Source: an uncultured bacterium (lineage in GTDB: Bacteria; Krumholzibacteriota; Krumholzibacteriia; JACNKJ01). From it: DNA of 64,000 bases. The stretch spans positions 33,735 through 97,734 of the forward strand of contig CAZVHI010000009.1 of the NCBI GenBank assembly GCA_964627205.1, given 5' to 3'. The position numbers and the translations under genes were made by a program. The notes below the pieces were generated by a model that was given only the letters and a program-made list of their open reading frames with translations, had not been told where the DNA came from and made no database searches. This document shows positions 1-8,871 of this stretch, in pieces (positions within the stretch are counted from its first letter, which is position 1; each line of letters begins with the position of its first letter).

Positions 1-708
1 CTGCTCGACGTGGGCGGCGAGTCGACGCGGCCGGGCGCGGCACCCGTGTCCGCGGAGGAAGAATCGCGGCGGGTGCTGCCGGTGATCCGCGAGCTCGTGC
101 GGCAGGCGGGCGTGCCCGTGTCGGTGGACACGCGCAAGGCAGAGGTGGCCGCCGAAGCGCTGGCGGCGGGCGCGGCGATCGTCAACGACGTCTCCGCCCT
201 CGGCGACCCGGCCATGGCGCCCCTGCTGGCCGGCGGCGACGCCGCGCTCGTGCTGATGCACATGCGGGGCGAGCCGGAGACCATGCAGGACGATCCGCGC
301 TACGCGGATCCCGTTGACGAGATCTACCGCTGGCTCGAGGCGCGGCTCGCGGCGGCGGAAGAAGCGGGAATCGCGCGGGAACGACTGGTGGTCGACCCGG
401 GCATCGGCTTCGGCAAGCGCCCGGAGGACAACAGCGCGCTGATCCGGCGCCTGGCCGAGTTCCACTCCCTCGGCGCGCCGCTGCTCCTGGGCGCGAGCCG
501 GAAGTCCTTCCTGGGGCTGCTCACCGGCGAGGAGGATCCGGAGCGGCGGCTGGAGGGCAGCCTCGCGGCCGCGGCGCGCGCGGCGGACGCGGGCGCGCAG
601 ATCCTGCGAGTGCACGACGTGGCGGCGACGCGGCGCTTCCTCGCCGCCTACCTGCCCCTGGCGAGGGAAGAGTCGCGGGAGGATTCCCGCAGGGCCGGCG
701 CCGACTAG
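1..708 (+). CDS. folP: Dihydropteroate synthase, C-terminal portion (5' end lies outside the window)
   Basis: Translation matches DHPS pterin-binding domain (VDPGIGFGK, LLGASRKSF). Reading frame is open from position 1. TAG stop at 706-708. Confidence 0.85.
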   Translation: MLDVGGESTRPGAAPVSAEEESRRVLPVIRELVRQAGVPVSVDTRKAEVAAEALAAGAAIVNDVSALGDPAMAPLLAGGDAALVLMHMRGEPETMQDDPRYADPVDEIYRWLEARLAAAEEAGIARERLVVDPGIGFGKRPEDNSALIRRLAEFHSLGAPLLLGASRKSFLGLLTGEEDPERRLEGSLAAAARAADAGAQILRVHDVAATRRFLAAYLPLAREESREDSRRAGAD

Positions 709-735
709 GGCGAGCGGCGAGAAGGACGGCAAGAC

Positions 736-1494
736 GTGAACCAGGTGCTCTTCTACATTCTCAACATCCTGGACATCGTGGTCGTCGCGCTCGTCTTCTA
801 CCGCCTCTACGTCCTCGTGCGCGGCACCCGCGCCGCGCTCATGCTCAACGGCTTCCTCGTGATCCTCGTAGCCGGCGTGCTCGCCCAGTGGATCGGCCTG
901 GCCACGATCAACTGGATCATCAGCAACCTGCGCACCGTCTGGCTGATCGCCTTCATCATCCTGTTCCAGCACGAGCTGCGCTCCGCGCTGGCACAGCTCG
1001 GCCGCAACCGCGTCGTCGGGCTCTTCCTCAAGGTCGAGAAGGACGTGGGCTACATCCAGGAGATCGGCCGCGCAGTCGAGGGTCTCGCGCGCTCGGGCCT
1101 CGGCGCGCTGATCGTGATCGAGCGCGAGATGGGCCTGCGCAACTACATGGAGAACGGCGTGATGGTCAACGCGCGCGTCACCGCCGACCTGCTCGAGACC
1201 ATCTTCACGCCGCCCTCGCCGCTGCACGACGGCGCGGTGATCATCAGCGAGGACACGCTCCTGGCGGCTCGCGTCGTGCTGCCGCTCTCCCAGGACCCCA
1301 CGCTCAGCCGCGTGCTCGGCACGCGGCACCGCGCGGCCATCGGCATCGCCGAGGAATCGGACGCGCTCGTGGTAGTGGTCAGCGAGGAGACGCGGACCAT
1401 CAGCCTCTGCGAGGCCGGCATGATCGAGCGCGACCTGGACGTGGCCGCCCTGCGCAAGAAGCTCATCGAGCGCCTCAGCCCCGAGCGAAGCTGA
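736..1494 (+). CDS. cdaA: Diadenylate cyclase (c-di-AMP synthase), membrane-anchored CdaA/DacA type
   Basis: GTG start. N-terminal TM helices followed by a DisA_N (DAC) domain (LHDGAVII, GTRHRAA, VVVSEETR). The folP-cdaA arrangement is a common conserved neighbourhood. Confidence 0.85.
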   Translation: MNQVLFYILNILDIVVVALVFYRLYVLVRGTRAALMLNGFLVILVAGVLAQWIGLATINWIISNLRTVWLIAFIILFQHELRSALAQLGRNRVVGLFLKVEKDVGYIQEIGRAVEGLARSGLGALIVIEREMGLRNYMENGVMVNARVTADLLETIFTPPSPLHDGAVIISEDTLLAARVVLPLSQDPTLSRVLGTRHRAAIGIAEESDALVVVVSEETRTISLCEAGMIERDLDVAALRKKLIERLSPERS

Positions 1495-1563
1495 TCCGCG
1501 GCGGCTTGCAACACGGAAACCCAGATGGAAGGGTGGGAACGCTAAATGTAGAACTCGACTCAA

Positions 1564-2883
1564 GTGGAGGGACTTCTCATGTCCAAGAAACTCTCCAGTA
1601 CCTTGATTCGGATCACGATCCTCGTCGTCATCGTTGCGTTTCTTGCCGCGCCGAACCAGTCTGCAGCGCAATCATCGTGCGACCAGCGCGCCTCCACCAC
1701 TGCCTGTCCGCCGCTTCCTCCACCTACCGGTACGGTCGTCCAGGTCGACAACGAATCCGAATTACGAAACCTCGCCGAGAACGCAGCAGAGAACACGACG
1801 ATTCTCGTATCCGCGAACACGTATGCCATGCAAGATTACGTCCGTGTGGTCAGCGACGGCATCGCCATCCGCGGCGCCACTGGGAATCGCGACGATGTGA
1901 TCCTCGATTTCGGCGGCATGGTGGGGGGACATTTCGGCATTCTCGTCGAAGGCGATGATGCGACCATAGCCGATCTGACGATTCGCAACGCCAGCGATCA
2001 TGGTGTTTCCATCCAGGGCCGTGACCGGCCCATCCTCTACAACCTGCACATCCAGGACATCGGCGATCAGCTCGTCAAGGTCAACCCTTGGGGCGATGGC
2101 AGCTAGAACGGTCTGCTGGCCTGCTCCTGCCTGGAGTACAGCGACAGCGCGCCCGATGCATACACCAACGGCATCAGCGCCCACGATGCGCACGACTGGG
2201 TGGTCCGCGACAACGTGTGGCGGCGCATCCGCAGCGCGATGGGGGATCCCGTGCCGGCGATCCTGTTCTGGTCGGCGTCGTCCGGGACCATCGTCGAACG
2301 CAACTTGCTGGTGGATTGCTCCGGCGGCATCGCCTTCGGCAATTCGGGCCAGGGGCCCGGCAGCCACAGCGGGGGCATCGTGCGCAACAACATCTTCTAT
2401 GCCGAGCTCGAGCACGATATGGCCATCCAGATGGTCCATGCCGCAGGCTGGCTAATGGCTCACAATACCGTCATCGGGCTCATGCCGATGTCCGCCTGGT
2501 GCATGGAAGCGCGGTTTGCGGATACGTCGGGGACCTTTGCTTACAACCTCAGCAACTTGGACATCTTCCACGATCGTGACGGGGCCCAGGGCATCGTGCA
2601 GGGAAATGTCACCCATGCGACAACGGACTGGTTTGTCGACGCCGATGACGCGGACCTCCATCTTCTGGCCACGACAACCGACGCCATCGACCAGGCGGCC
2701 GAACTGGCCGATGTGACCGACGATTTCGACGGCGACCCGCGGCCCATGGGCACGGCCCCCGACGTGGGCGCCGACGAGTACGACGGGTCGCAGCCCGTCA
2801 ATGCGACCTCGTCCTGGAGCGCGTTGAAGGCGCTCTTTCGCGAGGCGGGCGAACGCCAGGCTCCGCGCGCCGGATCGCAGTGA
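1564..2883 (+). pseudogene. Secreted right-handed beta-helix (pectate-lyase fold) protein interrupted by an in-frame TAG at 2104-2106; C-terminal SWSALKALF motif
   Basis: Signal peptide (MSKKLSSTLIRITILVVIVAFLAAP). Beta-helix repeats continue in the same frame across the TAG (...NPWGDGS*NGLLACSCLEYSDSAPDAYTNGISAHDAHDWVVRDNVW...). TAG is used as a normal stop elsewhere in the window. Could instead be two genes or a sequencing error. Confidence 0.55.
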
Positions 2884-3783
2884 CACGATACGCAGCCGAG
2901 TGCCCGTCCCTGAAGTAGATGGCGCCCCCCGCCACCCCCAATCAGCTCCGGCCTTCCGTGTAGATGATTACACTAAATATCGCATGAGCAATTCCAGAAT
3001 CCGGGGCCGGCGGGGTGCGACCGTGCCGGCGCGGCGGATCCACGAGGAGGCGCCGCCCATCCTCCGGATCCCCGCTCTCGCGGCAGCGCTCCGCAGCCCG
3101 AGACCCGCCCGCGCGGCGGCCGGAGAAACTCCGGATCCCCTCTACCGCAGCGTTTGCGTCCCGGCCGCCCGCCCGCGATGGCTTGAAGCGCCGGCCGTGC
3201 CGACATCGATCCCACGCCTGCAGGACGACTCCTCCCAAATCCCCCTGCACGAAGGCCCTCGCCCGCCGGCCCCGAAAATAAAGGCAGCCGCTCACGGCGT
3301 CGAGGCGTCGCGGCCGGATCTTCGCGTGCTCCGGACCAAGTTGCCTCTCCGGCCTGGCACCGCCCGCAGACGGTCCCGCCTGTCGCCTCGCTACCGCGGA
3401 CGGGGTCGCCGGCCGCCGCCTGCGCCAAGGGTTGCCTGATTCGTTCCGGCGCCCGACGCGACGTCCGTCCTCGCGGCTGCGCTCGGGACATTGCAGAGGG
3501 CGAGCCAGTCGCGACGGCCGGGCAAGGCGCTGACCGGGGCGCAGTTGCGGGGGCGGCCCGCGCCGGCGCCGCGCGAAGCTGTCAACGGCGGTCGACTGCC
3601 GGCGAGGCGCCTGTCCACGCGCGCCCTTGCGTCCCGACCGCGGAATGGCTCGAGACCCGCGCGCGCCGCAGCAACAATTTCGATGGCACAAGGCAAGGGT
3701 CTTGAGTCGACGCGTCCGAGGCGTTAGGCTCTGGCCCCTGTCCCCGATCCGGAACCCCCTCGACCGTCCTTCAAGGAGACGGC

Positions 3784-5415
3784 ATGTCCCGTCGGCACAT
3801 CCACGCCTGGGCTCTGCTCGGACTGGCCCTGCTCTTCGGCTCCTGTACCGAGAAGCTCGAGCTGCTGGGCCCGCAGATCGTCGCGCCCGACAGCCTGCGC
3901 GGCACCATCGGCGACACGCTGCTGTTCACCAGCATCTACCTGGGCGATGGCAGCGACGTGGCGCGGCATTCCTGGGACTTCAACTCCGACGGCATCATCG
4001 ACTTCGTGTGGACGAACTTCGGCGACAGCGACACGCTGGTCGTCGACGGCGACACACTGGTCTTCGACGGCAACATGCAGATCATCGGGCACGCCTACTC
4101 GAGCACGGGCGAGTACACGGCCACCCTGCAGATCACGACCGTCGGCAACCGCCTCTTCCGCTCGCACACGCCCGTGCGCATCACGGACGGGCGGCCACAG
4201 CTCGCGGCCACGGTGAGCGATTCGGTCGGCTGCGGCGAGACAATCCTGCTCAGCGGCACGGCCTCCGACGACGCGGGCCTGCGCGCCTTCTGGGACCTCG
4301 ACGGCGACGGCATCCCCGACCTCAGCGCGGACTTCGTCGACTCGGTGACCCTGGAGGCCGAGGTCGCCTTCGACGAGCCGGGCGTCTACCCCTTCCGCTT
4401 CTCGGCCAGCGACAACGACGGCCACCTCGAGGCACTCGACTTCGCGGTCACGGTCGGCGTGGCACCCGAGTGGACGGATGGAGCGGCCATGAGCCAGCCG
4501 CGAGCCGACCACGCGGCGGCGGTCTTCGGCGGCGAGATCTACGTCTTCGGCGGCCGCCACGGCCGCGGGGCGACGGGCCGCGTCGAGATCTACGATCCCG
4601 TCGGTGACAACTGGCGCGACGGCGCGGACATGCCCACGCCGCGCTGGGGGCTCCAGGCCGTCGCGATCGGCGACTCCATCTTTGTCGCCGGCGGCGTCAC
4701 CATGGCCGACACGATCTTCCCCTACATGGAGATCTACGATCCGGTCGGCGATGCCTGGGAGACCTTCCCCGCGGACACGATCCACGCCATGCCCCTGCCG
4801 CGGCGCGGCTTCGCGATGCTGGAGGTGGGCGAGAAGTACGCGGGCGGCGACTCGCTGCTGCTCGTCGGCGGCACGACCGGCGGCGAGATGATCGAGTCGA
4901 ACCTGATCTACAACACGCACACGCGCAGCTGGTCGATCGACACCAACCCCAACAGCCCCCTCAGTCCCGGCCGCGCCTGGCTGGACGCGGTGACCGTGTG
5001 GAACGACGAGGCCGAGATCGGCGGCCGCATGTTCGCGCTCGGCGGCACGGGCGACGGCATCACCCCCAGCGGGATCTTCGAGCGCTACATCCCCTTCAAC
5101 GACTTCTGGACTGGCGAGCCCCCGCTGCCGACGCCGCGCATCGCGCCGGCGCTGGCCCAGCACGGCGGCAAGCTCTACGTGTTCGGCGGCTCGCTCGGTA
5201 TCGTCGGGGCCACGGACGTCGTGGAGGTCTTCAGCCTGACGACCGAGCTCTGGGACGCGGTGACGCCCATGCCCCTGGCGCGCAGCGGTGCCGTGGCGGT
5301 GACCCTGGAGGGCCGTATCTACGTGATCGGCGGCGCCACGGAGTTCACCTCGCCCTATCATGTCGAGGGCAGCGTGGAACTGCAGGTCCTCGTTCCCTGG
5401 CGCTGCGCTCCCTGA
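3784..5415 (+). CDS. Lipoprotein with N-terminal PKD-like domains and a C-terminal Kelch-repeat beta-propeller
   Basis: AAGGAG RBS 6 nt upstream. Lipobox LFGSC. Repeated Kelch signatures (IYVFGG, IFVAGG, LLLVGG, LYVFGG, IYVIGG). Confidence 0.75.
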   Translation: MSRRHIHAWALLGLALLFGSCTEKLELLGPQIVAPDSLRGTIGDTLLFTSIYLGDGSDVARHSWDFNSDGIIDFVWTNFGDSDTLVVDGDTLVFDGNMQIIGHAYSSTGEYTATLQITTVGNRLFRSHTPVRITDGRPQLAATVSDSVGCGETILLSGTASDDAGLRAFWDLDGDGIPDLSADFVDSVTLEAEVAFDEPGVYPFRFSASDNDGHLEALDFAVTVGVAPEWTDGAAMSQPRADHAAAVFGGEIYVFGGRHGRGATGRVEIYDPVGDNWRDGADMPTPRWGLQAVAIGDSIFVAGGVTMADTIFPYMEIYDPVGDAWETFPADTIHAMPLPRRGFAMLEVGEKYAGGDSLLLVGGTTGGEMIESNLIYNTHTRSWSIDTNPNSPLSPGRAWLDAVTVWNDEAEIGGRMFALGGTGDGITPSGIFERYIPFNDFWTGEPPLPTPRIAPALAQHGGKLYVFGGSLGIVGATDVVEVFSLTTELWDAVTPMPLARSGAVAVTLEGRIYVIGGATEFTSPYHVEGSVELQVLVPWRCAP

Positions 5416-5673
5416 GCTTTCCGATCATCCCGATGGGCACCGTGCCGCTCCGCATACTTTCCCGGCTCGTCTTACTGCGTTAGCTTTTCGATTTCGGTAA
5501 GCGATCGCTTTCCCCTGTAGAATCGGGGTTGAGGAGCCGATTTATATCATTTGTGGGGCTTTACGAAGGAATCGCCGGGATCGGACCTGACAAGTTCCGC
5601 TCCGAACCGCGGCGACTTCTGCCGACTCCGGTATTCATGCTAGACTGGCAGTAGAACGAGGACCGGATACTCC

Positions 5674-6711
5674 ATGAACCCGAAGACACCGCCAGACGGG
5701 CTGCGCATCGAGATGATCGCCCGCGGGCACCCCGCGCTGGGCGCGTTCCTTCATGCGCTGCCCGTGGACTCCGGCTGGCCGGTGGATACGGTCCTCTCCC
5801 TCACCGACCGTGAGCCCACCGAGTTCGAGCGGGCAGAGAACTACGTGGCGGCCTTCGAGGACGAGCAGATCGTCGGCGCGATCAGCCTGCACCCCGCTGC
5901 GCCCGGCAACTACCACCGCATGCACAACCTGCACTTCCACATCGACATCCTCGCCCCCTGGCAGGGCAAGGGCATCGGCACGGCCCTGATGTCGCGGCTG
6001 ATCGAGCACGCGCGCGAGCAGGGCTACTGGCGCATCTACCTGGGCACCCTCTCCTGGAACACCCGCGCGCTCGGCCTCTTCGGGCGCTTCGGCTTCCGCG
6101 TGGAGGGCGTGAGCCGGGCCGCCTACCGTGTCAAGACGGAGGGCGGGAAGGAGTACTTCCTCGACGGCATCGGCATGGCCCTCTGGATCGGACCGCAGCT
6201 GGTCATGGAGGCAGGGGATTGGAAGCTGCACGTGGGCGAACGCCCCGCGCCGGTGGACGACGGGATCCTCTTCAACGCGGACGACTCCGCGGGCATCGAG
6301 GAGCTCGTGTCTCTTTACGCGTCCGTGAACGACCACCGGCACCGTTACTCCGACATGCTCAAGGGCGCCTGGCAGTACAGCGACCTCAGCGTCACCGCCC
6401 GCAAGAGCGGCGAGCTCGTGGGACTGGCCCGCGGCATCACCGATCGCCACACGACACTCTTCGTCTGCGATTGCCTCGTCCGCCCCGAGTTTCAGCGTCG
6501 GGGCATCGGCGGCGAGCTCATGCGGCGCTTGATCGCCCCCTACCGCGGCATCTACCAGGTGGTCCTGCTCACGGACCCCGAGACCCTGTCCTTCTATCGC
6601 AAGCTGGGTTACATGCACTGGGAGAGCGCCTGCCTGAAGATGCACGCACCGGGCGATGCGGACGACGCGCCGGAGGGCGATCCCGCCCCCGACGAGACTA
6701 ACGAGAAATAG
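5674..6711 (+). CDS. Tandem-GNAT N-acetyltransferase (two GNAT domains)
   Basis: Two acetyl-CoA binding motifs (WQGKGIGTALM and QRRGIGGELM) roughly 170 aa apart. Lower-GC promoter region lies upstream. Confidence 0.75.
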   Translation: MNPKTPPDGLRIEMIARGHPALGAFLHALPVDSGWPVDTVLSLTDREPTEFERAENYVAAFEDEQIVGAISLHPAAPGNYHRMHNLHFHIDILAPWQGKGIGTALMSRLIEHAREQGYWRIYLGTLSWNTRALGLFGRFGFRVEGVSRAAYRVKTEGGKEYFLDGIGMALWIGPQLVMEAGDWKLHVGERPAPVDDGILFNADDSAGIEELVSLYASVNDHRHRYSDMLKGAWQYSDLSVTARKSGELVGLARGITDRHTTLFVCDCLVRPEFQRRGIGGELMRRLIAPYRGIYQVVLLTDPETLSFYRKLGYMHWESACLKMHAPGDADDAPEGDPAPDETNEK

Positions 6712-6743
6712 GAAGCGCCATTCGGCCTGCGCCTGGCCGCCTG

Positions 6744-7919
6744 CTAGAGGCCGGCGCCGGCTGCGACCGGCTCGCCCCGCTTCTCGCTCGGCTCGGGCAG
6801 CCCCAGGACCTCATGGTAGATCCGGTCCAGTCTGCGCGCGATCTCGCTCCAGCTCAGATCCCGGGCCTTTTCGCGGCCGCGCTCGCCGTAGAGCGTGCGC
6901 TCGGCGGGGTGAGCGAGCATGTAGTCGAGGGCTTGGGCGAGGGCGACCGTGTTGCCCGCCTCGACCAGCAGGCCGTCTTTGCCGTGGGCCACCACGTCGC
7001 GGTAGCCCTCGATGTCGTAGCCGATCACCGGCAGGCCCGCCGCCATGGCCTCGAGCAGGACCATGCCGAAGCTCTCGCGCCCGAGGCTGGGCGCACAGAA
7101 GAGGTCGGCGGCGGCGTAGTACTCGGCCAGCTTGGGCCGGTGGACCACGGAGCCGAGGAAGTGGACCCGCTCGCGGATGCCCGCGGGCAGGCGCCGCTGG
7201 ATCTGCGCGCGCATGGGGCCGTCACCCACGACGAGCAGCTCGACATCGTCCCTGCGCTCGCAGATGCGCTCGAAGGCGCACAGCAGCTCGGGCAGGCCCT
7301 TGCGCTTGACCATGGCCCCCACGAAGAGGATGCGAAGCCGGTCGGGATCCAATCCGGGCAGATGCCCCCGGTCGCCCGCCGCGGCGGAGAAGAGCTCGTA
7401 GTCGACGCCGTTGGGCACGATGCGGTAGTCGCCCGGGAACAGGACCTCCACGGCCTGCCGCGCCGCGGGGCTGACGGCGATGCGCGTGTCGACCTTCGCC
7501 AGCAGACGCGACAGCGGGCCCTGGAACAGCTCCGAGAGGACGTCGCGGGGGTAGTAGCTGTGAAATGTGGCGACGACCGGGCAGCGCGCCCTCTTCATCG
7601 CCAGCAGCGTGAGGGTGGGCTGCAGGGGGCTGTGCAGGTGGAGCAGGTCGAAGTCCTCCGACGCGAGCAACTCCTCGAGCCGTTGCCCGAGACGCCAGCC
7701 CACGCTGAAGCGGGAGAGGCTGTTGTTGTAGCGCACGGGCACGCTACGCCCCACGCGGACGACCCGCGGGCCGAGGTCGATCTGCTCGCCCGGCATGTGC
7801 CCGGTTACGATGACCACCTCGTGCCCCATCCGGCGCAGCTCGCCCGCGACGGCGCGGATGTGCTCGCTCACCCCGCCCCAGAGGGGATAGTAGAACTCGC
7901 TCACTACTCCGATCTTCAT
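6744..7919 (-). CDS. Glycosyltransferase family 4 (PimA/MgtA-like GT-B)
   Basis: GT4 motifs (GGVSEHI, FVGAMVKRKG, EsFGmvllEAMAAGlPVI). ATGA start/stop overlap with the upstream acyltransferase gene implies translational coupling. Confidence 0.8.
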   Translation of the reverse strand: MKIGVVSEFYYPLWGGVSEHIRAVAGELRRMGHEVVIVTGHMPGEQIDLGPRVVRVGRSVPVRYNNSLSRFSVGWRLGQRLEELLASEDFDLLHLHSPLQPTLTLLAMKRARCPVVATFHSYYPRDVLSELFQGPLSRLLAKVDTRIAVSPAARQAVEVLFPGDYRIVPNGVDYELFSAAAGDRGHLPGLDPDRLRILFVGAMVKRKGLPELLCAFERICERRDDVELLVVGDGPMRAQIQRRLPAGIRERVHFLGSVVHRPKLAEYYAAADLFCAPSLGRESFGMVLLEAMAAGLPVIGYDIEGYRDVVAHGKDGLLVEAGNTVALAQALDYMLAHPAERTLYGERGREKARDLSWSEIARRLDRIYHEVLGLPEPSEKRGEPVAAGAGL

Positions 7920-8794
7920 GGACCGGCCGCTCCTTTGGCCCATCCCCGGCCTGCCTCCTCCTCCCCCGCGTCGTGCACGGGATAGAGCAGGCAGAACTGC
8001 TCGGGATGGGTCCGGACCTCCTCCTCCAGTGCGCGAGCATACCCGATCACCGGATCCTCGTCCCCGGAAAAAGGCGGATGAATCTTGATAACATAGTCGC
8101 CCTGCTCGCGCAGCAGAAAGATGGGCAGCAGCGCCGCCCCGGCCTGCCGCGCCAGGTCCATCCCCGCCGACGGGAAGCGTCGCCGGCCTCCCAGGAAGGG
8201 CGCCGCGCGCTGCCCCCCGCCCCCTTCCGAACCCGCGCCGAAGACCCGGTCGGCCATCAGTCCGATGGGGCGCCCCGCCCGCAGGAGACGGAAGAAGCGC
8301 AGGCCCTTACCGTCCGCGGGCAGGACCGCGCAGCCGACGCTCTCGCGCATCGCCACGAAGAGTCGGAACAGCGCCCGCGGGCGCAGCTCCTCGGCCGCCA
8401 CGGTGAAACCGGGCAGCCCGCGAGCCAGCCAGCCGGCCAGGAGATCCCAGTTGCCGAGGTGCCCCGAGAGCACGCAGACGGGCCCCCGCGACTTCGCCTC
8501 CATCAGGTGTCTCCCTCCCTCGACGCGCAGGCGCCGGCGCAGGAGCCTCTCCGGCCGTGCAGCAACGGCAAGCAGCTCTCCCCAGTAGCGACCGTAGCTC
8601 GCGAAGACTGCAGCGGGCCGTGCGCTCGGCGCGCCGGCGCGATTCATCAGCGTCAGGTTGGCCACGACGATCCTTCGCCGCGTCGAGAAGGGCGCGGCGA
8701 GGGCGAAGAGCCCCGCGCAGAGCGCGGCGATCAGCCGCTCCGGCAGGTAGCGGGCGAGGAAGAGCCCCGCGCGGAGAACGAGGTAGAGGACCAA
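7916..8794 (-). CDS. Lysophospholipid/lipid A-type lauroyl acyltransferase family (LpxL/HtrB/PatA-like)
   Basis: HX4D acyltransferase motif (SGHLGNWD). Length and topology fit the LPLAT family. The operon with a GT4 resembles the mycobacterial patA-pimA arrangement. Confidence 0.7.
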   Translation of the reverse strand: MVLYLVLRAGLFLARYLPERLIAALCAGLFALAAPFSTRRRIVVANLTLMNRAGAPSARPAAVFASYGRYWGELLAVAARPERLLRRRLRVEGGRHLMEAKSRGPVCVLSGHLGNWDLLAGWLARGLPGFTVAAEELRPRALFRLFVAMRESVGCAVLPADGKGLRFFRLLRAGRPIGLMADRVFGAGSEGGGGQRAAPFLGGRRRFPSAGMDLARQAGAALLPIFLLREQGDYVIKIHPPFSGDEDPVIGYARALEEEVRTHPEQFCLLYPVHDAGEEEAGRGWAKGAAGP

Positions 8795-8871
8795 GGCGCT
8801 CCCGCAGGAAGAGCCCCCCGAGACGGGGGGCTCGCAGGTGATTCTCTCGCTTCCGAAGACTAGCGTGTTTC

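Noticed and set aside
2104-2106. TAG reassignment (for example pyrrolysine or an alternative genetic code)
   Set aside because: TAG terminates folP (706-708) and both small paralogues (45054-45056, 45883-45885) at positions consistent with protein homology and terminators. A global recoding is therefore unlikely.
3724-5361. Long minus-strand ORF (545 aa) overlapping the Kelch lipoprotein gene, and similar very long antisense ORFs (8911-11334 +, 16822-17853 +, 38276-41689 -, 38665-41646 +, 6813-7985 +)
   Set aside because: These are Arg/Ala/Gly/Pro-rich translations with no motifs, running antisense or out of frame to genes with clear domain evidence. They are typical high-GC shadow ORFs.
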